The notes beneath the pieces are model-generated. The model was not told the origin of the DNA. It made no database searches and saw only the letters and a list, made by a program, of their open reading frames with translations. A stretch of DNA of 63,527 nucleotides, filler included, from Octopus bimaculoides (Eukaryota): the NCBI RefSeq assembly GCF_001194135.2. It is 4 parts of 3 records of this genome, joined end to end, with 100 filler letters (N's around TTAATTAATTAA, not from the genome) between each part and the next. Parts side by side here need not be neighbours in the genome. Positions count along the whole stretch, not along the records: positions 1 to 23,304 come from NC_068981.1; 3 more parts are not named here. One strand, written 5' to 3'. Positions 1-20,512 of the stretch are shown piece after piece (position 1 is the stretch's first letter; each line of letters starts with the position of its first letter). Position numbers and translations under genes: made by a program.

Positions 1-763
1 TATATATATCTAATATAGGATATAATTTTCAAAAAATTTTTTCAGTGGACAGCATATTAAAAAAATACCTTTTAAGGTGAAAATTATAAAGAACTTTATA
101 AATAAGGGCAAAAGAAAAAATTTCTATGCCAAATATGCTGAGAATAGACTTTGAATCATCAATAACCACAGATAATTCATCACTATAAGCCCGAGTCTCG
201 AAGCAAGCTGACAGAAATTTCTAAAAAATTCCGTTATTACCAAATCCGTCCGATTTCTGAGTTAATTCATAAAGAATTGTTTCGTCATCAGCGGTAAATA
301 CGTTAAGAAATAAATGGAATACTTACTTGCACCCATGGAATAAGTGATGAATTATATGTGGTTATTGATGACTTAAAGTCTATTCTTGGCATATTTGGTA
401 CAGAAATTTTTGTCTTTTGCCCTTATCTATAAATTATATATGTATATATATCTCAGTATTGATATGTCAGTTTGCTAGTGTCCACCCTAGTATCTCTATT
501 AGTTGAAATAGTAACAAATAAGAAACTACCATATTTGAAATGAGTACATGGTCGGAGTGAGGAGTGTTGGAGGTATTCTCTTATTGCCTCCTCACCCATG
601 TTGCATTTTTCCTACATGCTTGCTTAAATGTATTGTTAATCTAGTTAGTATGTTAACTACTTCTAGTTCCCTCTAGTTAATGACCCTCTTTTGTGTACGA
701 GGGCATGGGGTACATGACTATCAACTCGAAATGAAAATAGAACACTATTTCTTGTAATTCCAG

Positions 764-10370
<9,607 letters not shown>

Positions 10371-10504
10371 AAGCACAATGTTTAGATGCAGTTGTTTATT
10401 TATTTTCTTCCATTTTCTCACTAAAGTTATTCAAAATTCTTCAGTGAAATTATTTTTTCATGTGTACATAGCCAACAACAACAACCACCACCACCATATA
10501 TGGT

Positions 10505-10510
10505 AATAAA
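10505..10510 (+). promoter_or_regulatory. Probable RAD54B polyadenylation signal
   Basis: AATAAA 135 bp after the stop, followed by a T-rich downstream element. Confidence 0.55.
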
Positions 10511-10629
10511 TACCCTGCGTTATTTCATCTCTTGTTTTATTGGTTTATTTTTTTACTAATGATAATATTGTGTGTGTGTGTGTGTGTGCATGTTTTGTGA
10601 GTGTGTAGCTGGTGCATGTGTTTCTATGT

Positions 10630-11195
10630 GTGTTATATCTATGGTCGGCTCCAGCTCATATCCAAGCATTGGGTTCGTCAGTTTCCATCCAGTCTCCTCG
10701 GCTGATGTTTGTGCCAAATGTAACTTTGGATTCCGAGTTAGTGGTGAAAGAATCATGGGCAGAATTCGCATGGGATGGTCGGTGCAGGTCGAGGATGTTA
10801 AAGATGCTCCTTTCTTCTCCTGCGTTTTACCTCCTCATTCTGTTGTCTGTTCTGCACAAAGGAGCTGGCTTCATTGCGGATAGCAGTCCTCTAGGTTGTC
10901 CTATCCATGACAATCTGTTCCCATGAGGTTGACTGGATGTTAGCTTAAGCCAAGGTCTGTTTGAGCTGGTCTTTAAAACAGAATTGCAAGTTCTCCGTAG
11001 AGCATGATCCTTGGGAGTCGAGAGGGCTCCATATGCTGGATGGGTCACATCTAGCAGAGAATGGTGGCTTCTTCACTTGGTAGTGAGGCGCGGTGAAGAA
11101 CCTTGTTGTTGGTAACATGATCTTCCCATTGTATGTTGAGGATCTGTCATAGCTTCGATTGCTGGAAGCATTCAAGGCACTTGAAGTCATGGTGG
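10630..11195 (-). mobile_element. RTE/BovB-like LINE 3' fragment (second family), degenerate, with C-terminal zinc finger
   Basis: Frame-corrected CLECFQQSKL*QILNIQWEDHVTN...RLPRIMLYGEL...FKDQLKQTL...KRRRRK...IPCEFC...H, with several stops and a frameshift. Confidence 0.85.
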
Positions 11196-12227
11196 TATGT
11201 ATAGATGTGCATGCATATATGTGTGCATAAGTGAATTTGTGTGTGTTTGTGTGGCTATAGATCAGCAGCAGATCTTTTTAACCCCCCCCCCCATCACACC
11301 AGTTTGTAAAATCCTGCAAAGGTTGATACCACCTGCCTCCTGGGGTTAATTAATAGTAAATAGTTGTCCCTCTTGCCTTGCAGTAACAGCTGCTATTTGG
11401 TGAATATGTCATAGAAATTAGGTGTAAAAAGAAAAAAAACCAGGTCATGTGATGATGGTAGAACGTTTCACACAACAAACGCTGGCACCGACCAACATGG
11501 ATGTAGTCTGAAAGCAATAACAATCGGCTGGAATTGGTGGACAAGTCCTCTTTGTTAAGGTCTTTGAGAAAATATCATGTGCAAGACAGAAATATCAGTA
11601 ACCCAAATTTTGAACGAGAAAGGACACTGCCACAAACAATAAACTAAATCTAAATACAGTCTGTCGTTTTTGTAAGCCATGAATATCCATCCCCTTGAAG
11701 GATGCTGTGACAACAGCTAGGGATCCCTTGCTCCCAATGGTTTTGACTGCATATTCTGACACCAATTAGGGGTATTTCTGCATCCCCACATTGAAATATC
11801 TTGTCATCACATATGCTAGTTAACACACAGCTGGGACCTTGACAGGGACTGCTTCGTCCAGGACAGAGCAGATGTGGGAACAAAAGGTGACAAAGAGGTG
11901 GTTCCACGTCCCACAATACCCTGGAAGTCCTGGATAAGAGCCCCATAACTGGATGCAGTTGGAAGATACACACACACACGCACAGAGGGCTTTCAGTTTC
12001 CATCTACGAAATCCATTTAGAAGGCTTTGGGCAGCCCAGTGCCCTAGTAAAAGACACCTACCCGAGGTGCCATGCTGTAGAACTGAACCCAGAACCATGT
12101 GGTTGGAAAACAGCCACTTCTGTTCCTTGATGCACAAAAGAAATTGTCAATATTTGAAGTGAGATACTTTCACAGAATTCTTGGTTTTTTGTGCAATGAT
12201 AAGGATTGACAGAATTGGTTGAGCAGC

Positions 12228-12770
12228 ATCATCATTATTTAACGTCCATTTTCCATGCTGGTATGGGTTGGATGGTTTGACTGAAAACTAGTTAAGCTGA
12301 GGAGCTGCACCAGGTTCCAATCTGATTTGGCATGGTTTCTATGGTTGGATACCCTTCCTGATGCCAACCACTCCAAGTGTGTAGTGGGTGCTTTGTCTAT
12401 GGCACGGGTGCCAGTTATGTGACACGAATTGGCCATAACTACAATCTCACTTCTTGACAGGTCTTCTCAAGCATGGTAAACCGCCAAAGGTCTCGATCAC
12501 TTCTCACTGCCTTTGTGAAGCCCAATGTTCAAATGGTGCCTTTCATGTCCCACCGGCACAGGTGCCAGTCAGATAGCACTATCTTTGGCCAGGACTATGA
12601 CTTCACTTGGATTGACGAGTCTTCTCAAGCACAGCATATCACCCAATGTTTGTAGGGTGCTTTTTATGTGACCCTGGCTTCAGCCACGACTACGATCTCA
12701 CTTGGCTTGATGGGTCTTCTCAAGCACAACATATCGCCAAAGGTCTCGGTTCCTTGTCATTGCCACATCA
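12228..12770 (-). mobile_element. RTE 3' end with an internally triplicated segment
   Basis: RTE tail plus three diverged copies of ...CACTT...GTCTTCTCAAGCA at about 12440, 12595 and 12690. Confidence 0.7.
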
Positions 12771-14055
12771 GAAGCAATGTCTTGGATTTCTTCTGACTCT
12801 TCATATTCCAAGTTCAAATCATACCGAGTTGAACTTTGCCTTTCATCCTTACAGGATCAATAAAATCAAGTACCAGTCATGTACTGGGGTTGATGTCTCT
12901 TTGTCATTCTTAAACCCTCAAAACCTGACATAAATCCCCCCCTCTGAAATACTCAGTCGTGGGGGGGGGGGGTTATTCTTCATTTTGTGAGTTACAAGGT
13001 GACCTCAGTAGGTGCCACAAACAAAAAACCAAACACAGTCCATGCCATAAAAAGATTGGCATTAGGAAGGACATCCAGCTGTAGCGACCATGCCTCAGTT
13101 GACATTGGGACCCAGTGCAGTTCTCTGGCTCATTGGATCCTTTTTCAAACTGTCCAACCCATGGCAACATGGAAGACGGGTGTTAAATGAGGATGATAGG
13201 AGTGCTGGACTGTGAAACTCCGTATTGGTCAGTTCTAAAGTTGACTGTTACAACTATAACAACAACAAGAATATATTTTACCTTTTAACCATTCCAACCT
13301 CTTTGCTATCATCAGCAGATGGCTACCTCCCCCCCACCTCTATCTGCTATGCTATGACCACATAAGCAATGAATTTAGGTACCACACATGAAGGCCATGG
13401 CTGGATTTGATCATTGAACACAAACAATTGTGATGAAATAATGTTCTCAAATTTTGGTGCAAAGCCTGAAATTTTGAGGGGGAGGGGATAGCTAATTACA
13501 TTGCCCCCCCCCCCCCAGTGTCCATTTTGTAACTTCTCTGGGGGAGAAGTTCCAACAAAATGAAATCTCCAAGAGGTTTAAATGCACGAGTCTCCAGTAT
13601 CCAAGTGGATACAGCTCTTGGCAATATACCGTGCTTATGTTGACCTGTCAAGCCAAGTGAGACCATAGTCGTAGCTGGTGCTAGTGTCAGGTTAATGGCA
13701 CCTGTGTTGGCGGCACGTAAAAGGCACCCACTATTCTCTCAGAGTGGTTGGCATCAGGAAGGGCATCCAGCTGTAGAAATATTGCCTTATCAGATCTGAA
13801 CCTGGTGCAGCCTCCTGGCTTGTCAGTCCTCAGTCAAACTGTCCAACCCATGCCAGCATGGAAAGCAGACGTTAACAATGGTGATGCTGATGTCTGTTTC
13901 CAGTTATTCATTAAGACAGCATAGTGTTGTTCGAAGGAGATTTGCTCTTATTTCTAGCAGTGCACATGGTCGTGTTGAGAAGGAAGCTGCTGGTTGTATG
14001 TCAGATGGCATGATTATAGGTGTGGTCATCGCTGCTAAAGATGGACTTCAATATA

Positions 14056-14158
14056 CAGTAATCCCTCGACTGTTGCGGGTGTTACGTTCCCCCCCCCCCC
14101 CNNNNNNNNNNNNNNNNNNNNNNNNCCGCGATAGGTGAAAATCCATGAAGTAGAAACA
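14056..14158 (+). mobile_element. pogo/Tigger-like DNA transposon end
   Basis: TA followed by CAGTAATCCCTCG, a Tigger-type terminus; interrupted by a poly-C run and gap. Confidence 0.5.
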
Positions 14159-14159
14159 G

Positions 14160-14510
14160 TACTTTTCTTTTATTTGTTTCAGTCATTTGACTGTGGCCAT
14201 GCTGGAGCACTGCCTTTAGTTGAACAAATCGACTCCAGAACTTATTCTTTGTAAGCCTAGTATCTATTCTATCAGTCTATTTTGCTGAACTGCTAAGTTA
14301 CGGGGGACGTAAACACACCAGCATCGTTTGTCAAGTGATGGTGGGGGGACAAACACACACACACACATACAAACATATATATATTATATACAATGGGCTT
14401 CTTTCAGTTTCTGTCTACTAAATCCTCTCATAAGGCTTTGGTCAGCCCAAGGGTATAGTAGAAGACACTTGCCCAAGGTGCCACACAGTGGGACTGAACC
14501 TGGAATCATG
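14160..14510 (-). mobile_element. tRNA-headed SINE family A with internal microsatellite
   Basis: B box GGTTCAGTCCC, core GGCACCTTGGGCAAGTGTCTTCTACTATA, central (TA/TG)n, tail ...CAAATGACTGAAACAAATAAAAG; CpG-depleted copy. Confidence 0.85.
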
Positions 14511-15449
14511 TGGGGGTTCTCATTCCTAAGGTATTTTTCGATGTTGTTATTATTATTATTCAGGTCACTGCTTGGAATCAAACTCGGAATCTTGGGGTTA
14601 GTAGCCCATGCTCTTAACTACTACACCAAACAAGATGTGGACAAATATCCGTCAAATGTAAATAATGTACATCCTACCCATGCTAGCATGGAAGGTGGAC
14701 ATTAAACGATGATGATGATATATATCATCATCATCATCACCATCGTTTAACATCTGCTTTCTATGCTGGTATGGGTTGGATATTTTGACTGAGGGTTGGC
14801 GAGCCATGAGGCTGCACCAGGGTCAATCTGATCTGGCAAGGTTTCTACAGCTGGATGCCCTTGCTAATGCCAACCACTTCGAGAGCATTATGGGTGTTTT
14901 CTATGTGCCACTAGCAGAGGAGCCAGTCAGGTGGGGCTGGCATCGATCACGCTTGGATAGTGTTTTTTATGTGCCATCATCATTTTAAGTTCATTTTCCA
15001 TGCTGGCATGGGTCGGATGGTTTGATAGTAGCTAAAATACTAGAGAACTGCACCAGGCTCTAACTGTCTGTTTTGGTATGTTTTTCATGGCTAGATACCC
15101 TTCCTAATAATGCCAACCACTTTGCAGAGTGTACTGGGTGCTCTTTATGTGGCACCATATATATGTGTATGTGTATGTATGTGTGTGTGTGTGTGTATAA
15201 CAAAGGCTACAGGTGTCAATTTATTATGGCTGTTTCAAGTAGCTCCATTTAATTAATTATTGAGAACATTATATGAATTTGAAAGAAACCACTCTCTTCA
15301 GATGAAATATAATTAAGATTCAGTTCAATTAGATATTTAAATTAAGGCACCTTGCTAGTTTGGTATAGTCCACACACCCCAACAATATTATTTCAATATT
15401 GAATATCAAGACTCCATGTAGGGGTGTTTGTACCTAATATTCTGTACAA

Positions 15450-16058
15450 GGATTCTCTATAGAAATGTCAAGCTCTGAAGACAGTCCCAGGCTAAAGAAG
15501 GTCTTCACCCATATAAGGTGTTGTTACCTGTTTGGTGAGATATGAAAGGTTCAGTTCACTTTGAACTTTTAAACCTAAACCAAACAATAACAAAGGAGAT
15601 CTACTGGGAGCAGTTAGAGCGGTTTAAGTCAGCGCTAGAAGAAAAACGGCCATCTTTGGTTTCAAGAGGAAAGGTGTTCTTCCATCAGGATAATGTTTGG
15701 CTGCATACAGTGAGGATGACATTCTAAAGGCTGGAACTGTTTGGATGGGAAACGATGCCCCACCCACCACATTCGCTGGACATTGTGCCATCTGATTATC
15801 ATTTATTCCAGTTTCCAAAATCATTTATACAGAAACAATATGAATTCTGTAGACAAGGTCAGAACAATACTGGAGGAGTATTTTTCATCACAGACAAGCG
15901 AATTTTGGAAGTGGAGCCTTGCAAATTTACCGGATAGATGGAAGAGCATTGTAGAAAATAAAGGAGAGTAAATTTTAGATTAAAAAAGAAGTTTATCTTA
16001 ATTTTGAAAAATAAAAGAAGTATAAAAAAACTGCATTATTTATGGGATGATGCTATAT
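15450..16058 (+). mobile_element. mariner transposase remnant, catalytic/C-terminal half with 3' terminus
   Basis: ILYRNVK..., GLHPYKVLLPVW*DMKGSVHFELL, HQDNVWLH, HPPHSLDIVPSDYHLF, LPDRWKSIVENKGE; stops and frameshifts; mariner-like end GCATTATTTATGGGATGATGCTATA. Confidence 0.9.
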
Positions 16059-16063
16059 ATAAT

Positions 16064-16860
16064 CATCATCATCATCATTTAACGTTCATTGTCCATGCTG
16101 GTATGCATTGGATGGTTTGATCAGGGCTGGCAAGCCAGGGAGCTGCACCAATTTCCAGATAGAACTGACAAGCCGGGGAGCTGTACCAATTTCCAATCTG
16201 ATTTGGCATGGTTTCTATGGCTGGATGCCCTTCCTAATGCCAACCACTTCAAGAGTGTAGTGAATGCTTTTTACGTGCCACTGGTATCAGCCATGACTAC
16301 GATCTCACTTGGCTTGGCAGGTTTTCTCAAGCACAGTATAGGTTTTAGTCACTTGTCATTGCCTCAGTGAGGCCCAACATTCAAAGATCATGCTTTACCA
16401 CCTCCTCCCAAGTCTTCCTGGATCTACCTCTTCCACAGGTTCTCTCCGCTGTTAGAGTGCAGCACTTCTTCACACAGCTGTCCTTCCATTATCGCCACAT
16501 GACCATACCAGCTCAGTCATCTCTCTTGTACACCATATCTGATGCTTCATATGCACAACTTTTCTCTCAGGGTGCTTACACTCTGTTGTGCATGCACAGA
16601 CATTGCACATCCAGCAAAGCATACAAGCTTCATTTCTTTCAAGTCTACACATGTCCTCAGCAGTCATGGCCCATGTTTCACTGCCATGTAGCATGGCTGT
16701 TTTCACCCAGGCATCATGCAATCTGCCTTTCACTCTGAGAGAGAGACCTTCTGTTACCAGTCGAGGTAGGAACTCTCTGAACTTTTCCCATCCTACTCTT
16801 ATTCCAGCAGCTACACTCTCGGAGCATCCACCCCTGCTACCAACTTGGTCACCTAGGTAA
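16064..16860 (-). mobile_element. RTE-clade LINE, 5'-truncated: end of RT ORF plus 3' UTR and GAT tail
   Basis: Translates YLGDQV...VKGRLHDAWVKTAMLHGSETWAMTAEDMCRLERNE, then runs into the GAT-tailed repeat, tying that family to an RTE LINE. Confidence 0.9.
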
Positions 16861-17251
16861 CAAAGTTATCAAACACTTCTAGTTTTCCCCTTTGGCATTT
16901 GATGGAATCTATTTTCTGAATGTTTTTAATGTTGATCATATCTGTGCACCTTCCACACAAAAACTATCATCCCGGTTAACCTTCCTTTGATATTGTTGCA
17001 CTTCTTATATCTCCATAGCTTACACTATGGAGAAATAGGTACATCTTACGGAATCCCTACCTACACCTTGAGCATGGCCATCTACCTGGGGTGGGGGTGA
17101 GGGATTTGTGATTTATCTGGTTTTCTACTTATTAAGATTTGGTTTTTGCTGACCTTGTTTCTATGTCTGAAATTTCTTCTCTAGTTCTGGTAGTGATTCA
17201 GCTATAAGAACAAGGTCATCAACACGCACACACTCACACAAAATCATCAGC

Positions 17252-17252
<1 letters not shown>

Positions 17253-17341
<89 letters not shown>
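17253..17341. repeat. (TA)n microsatellite
   Basis: Direct reading. Confidence 0.95.
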
Positions 17342-17342
<1 letters not shown>

Positions 17343-19983
17343 ACCAAAGTAAATGGACAAGTTTTGTTTGGATAACATATTTAATCGTGTTATTGTTTTT
17401 ACAACAGACAATAAAAGGAGTCGAAAACTTCTATACTTGCTTAATTACTTACTGCAACAGCGAAGAATGGTATTTCTCAGAAAAAGTTGTCAAGGCAACT
17501 CCAAACAGTTCTGGCATTACTATGAATCATCTAGAAGGCTGAGGTGCTGGAAGAGCCAGGCACCCTCTTGGTAAGATGAGAAGATGAAAATGACAAAATC
17601 TTCATTGTCAGTTGGTGCTAAAGTTTATGCAAGGGATCACTTTTATTACAAGATTCACCATGAACTGTGCCTCCACTTCTGTTCAGAGTTCACTAGGTTC
17701 ACCTCTACCCTGTCTCTAACCATTTCACACTCCAGTGAACTTACCTACTCTTTCTGATTCTTTGTCCCTATTCTCTTTCATATTCCACCTTCTTGCATTT
17801 TGAAGATTTTCTCTGACTCCGCCTCACCATCACCTTTTTTCTCTCTTCCCAGCTCTCTTCCTGCCCTCCCCCCTCCCGGCCGTCATTCTCTTGGTCTTGT
17901 GAGTTCCTTGCCAACCCCATTAGTGCTGGTGTCATGAAAAAGGCTTCCTTAGGAAGGGCATTCACCCATAGACTGCAAACCAAAGTAGACTCTGGAACTC
18001 ACTGCACTTCTCTGGCTCACAAAATCCTGTTGAATTGTCCAACCCTGTCACTGTGGAAGATGGATGTTAAACAATGATGATGATGATGATGATGATGGTT
18101 ATTTTGTTTAATTAATGATTTGGTTTTGTTTAAAAATTCAGAAAGCAGGATCTGAAAATCATACAACAACCCCAGGCAAATTGCAGCTTGCTGGACTCTC
18201 TGAATAGCTTGGCTGACAACAAAATTACTTTGAATTTTGTTTAGCAGTGTGGCCTGCTTCATGATGAGTCATGTCTCATGTGGCCCATTTCTCAAAAAAG
18301 ATTCCCATTCCTGACATACAACTTATTTCAAGTAGAATTGGCTGTCAACACTTGGTTAAGATTTGGGGAAGTCATGAGCTGTATAAAGCTGAGAGGACTC
18401 TTTTGAAAAAAGTACATCTGAAGGTCTGACAAATACTGTGAACATGTGGGGATTTTTAATTAATATGAGACTTGTTTAGGTGTGGTGAAGAAGTTTTCTT
18501 CACATCCAGTTAGCTTCAGGTTCGGTCCCAATGTGTGGTACCTTGTGTAACCCTGGGCTAACTATGTGGAAACTTGTAGTATATTTATCTGCCTGTTTCT
18601 ATACACACACGTCTGTGTGTGTGTGTGTGTTGTCACCTTATTGCTTTACAACCGGTGTAAGTTTGTTTACGTTCTCGGAAATTAACACTTTGATAAAATA
18701 AGCATGAATCTTAAAACAAGCCCTAGGACGATTTGTTCCACTAACCTCAGGATGGCCGTTGTCCTATGAAGAAATCCTGCTCTGTTGCTCCAACTTCAGA
18801 GTGTTTTACTAATAAATACCATTGCAGGTTCCGTCACAAAGATTCTTAAATATTCAAGGTTTCAGTGATTCTGAAACTGCGTTACGATCTTTAAACAGAA
18901 CCGTTCTTCTGCTTTTGTTTTTCTTTTTGTGAGTAATTAAGGAAACAGTGATAAAGCACCTGGCAATATATATTTTATATGAACTATCAGTAAATAACTC
19001 CCAACAGGATGTAAAGACATTGTGAATATTTTAATATTTTCAATAATGTCTTCATTTATTTGGAATATCGCCGAGACAGTCTTTAAAACCCACGGCAAAT
19101 GAAAAATGATGTATACTAAACTAATTTTCCTAAAATTATCGACAGTAATCATAAATCAACAAAACTAATTAGAGACATTTTATTGCAAAGAAATAGATAA
19201 TGTGTCCGTTTTAATCAAACTATGATTAATTAGGACGGAACATTTTTCGATAATTCACAAATAATTCGTAACGCTAAATGAGTCCTGATCCTGTCGACCT
19301 CTACACAAAGACATTCCATCTATGGCCATCCAGTAATAGGTTTACATAATCCAAGGTCTTAATATGTTTTAAACTACATAGATCTTCCCTCAATAGGTTT
19401 AATTAGTTTTAGTGTCTGCCTCTTATAATTAAATTAATTCCGGGAAAGAAATATTTCACTATCTCCGAGGATGTTGTTAAATATATTTATTTATATACAT
19501 ACCTTACGTAAATACATTGTACTTTAATAGGAAACAGCTGGGATTTACCCTACCCAACTATATAATTATATACGCTAAATATCTACGGCGTATATATTTT
19601 ATATTTAATCTTCTTTAATTATAAACTTGAGATTGTCCATTCGTAACAAGTTATAATAATGAGACCGGTGTGTATATATATATATGTCTACAAACACTCA
19701 CAGACATCTACCCCTCTCTCTATAGATCCACCCCATTTGTACTGCGGGTGTGTTCTGTCAAAAACCAGCGGAACAACATGAAACACGTCAGCAAGGTGGA
19801 AGAAAAGTCATTTCCTGTCTCTCATTAGCAATAATCGTTTATAATCGGGAATAAAACTGACGAGAAGTAACAAAAATCTTTTCAGTTAAAATCAAATGAA
19901 TAGCCAAAAAAAATTGTCTCCGATGCCAAAATTTCAAAACTAATTTAATTTATATATTATTTTTGATGGCCGTTACTATAGTT

Positions 19984-20056
19984 GCCTCCATAGCTCAGTG
20001 GTTAGAGCACTGGTCTTGTAAACCAGGGGTCGTGAGTTCGATCCTCACTGGGGGCT
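19984..20056 (+). tRNA. tRNA-Thr(TGT)
   Basis: 73-nt cloverleaf: acceptor GCCTCCA/TGGGGGC, anticodon arm CTGGT-CTTGTAA-ACCAG, T arm GTGAG-TTCGATC-CTCAC; T6 terminator at 20068-20073. Confidence 0.96.
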
Positions 20057-20275
20057 TCTGTTACACATTTTTTGCTTTAATTTATAATTTTGATATTATT
20101 TTTCTTTTTCGCCTTACTCTTCGTTATTTTGTCTTCCATTTTACAACAGAATCATTACGTTACATCTTGGTAATAAACACATTACTTGAAAATATGTAAA
20201 TTAGCTTAAAAATGCTACCATATAATTATCATTAAGGTATATCTTTATAATAACGTAAATAATAGAAAAAAAAAA

Positions 20276-20349
20276 AGGCTCCAGGGGGATTCGAACCCTC
20301 GACCTCCAGTTTACTAGACTGGCGCTCTAACCAACTGAGCTATAGAGCC
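20276..20349 (-). tRNA. tRNA-Thr(AGT), copy 1
   Basis: Reverse complement GGCTCTATAGCTCAGTTGGTTAGAGCGCCAGTCTAGTAAACTGGAGGTCGAGGGTTCGAATCCCCCTGGAGCCT, followed immediately by a T-run. Confidence 0.92.
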
Positions 20350-20438
20350 TCACGTTAATCTATTTTTAAAAAATGCTTCTTTGTATATAATTGTTAGTGA
20401 TTGTAAAAAAAAACACTTACAAATATAATGACAAAAAA

Positions 20439-20512
20439 AGGCTCCAGGGGGATTCGAACCCTCGACCTCCAGTTTACTAGACTGGCGCTCTAACCAACTG
20501 AGCTATGGAGCC
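20439..20512 (-). tRNA. tRNA-Thr(AGT), copy 2
   Basis: Identical to copy 1 except C at position 6 (GGCTCCA); followed immediately by a T-run. Confidence 0.92.

Noticed and set aside
279-300. CTGATGACGAAAC on the minus strand, resembling a hammerhead core
   Set aside because: No helix II between CUGAUGA and GAAA, so it cannot fold as a hammerhead.
10572-10926. Plus-strand ORFs 10572-10883 and 10612-10926 as extra RAD54B exons
   Set aside because: They are antisense frames of the RTE fragment and lie after the stop and AATAAA.
18937-19152. Minus-strand 71-aa ORF near the CpG boundary as a gene start
   Set aside because: AT-rich, no recognisable domain and only weak splice signals.
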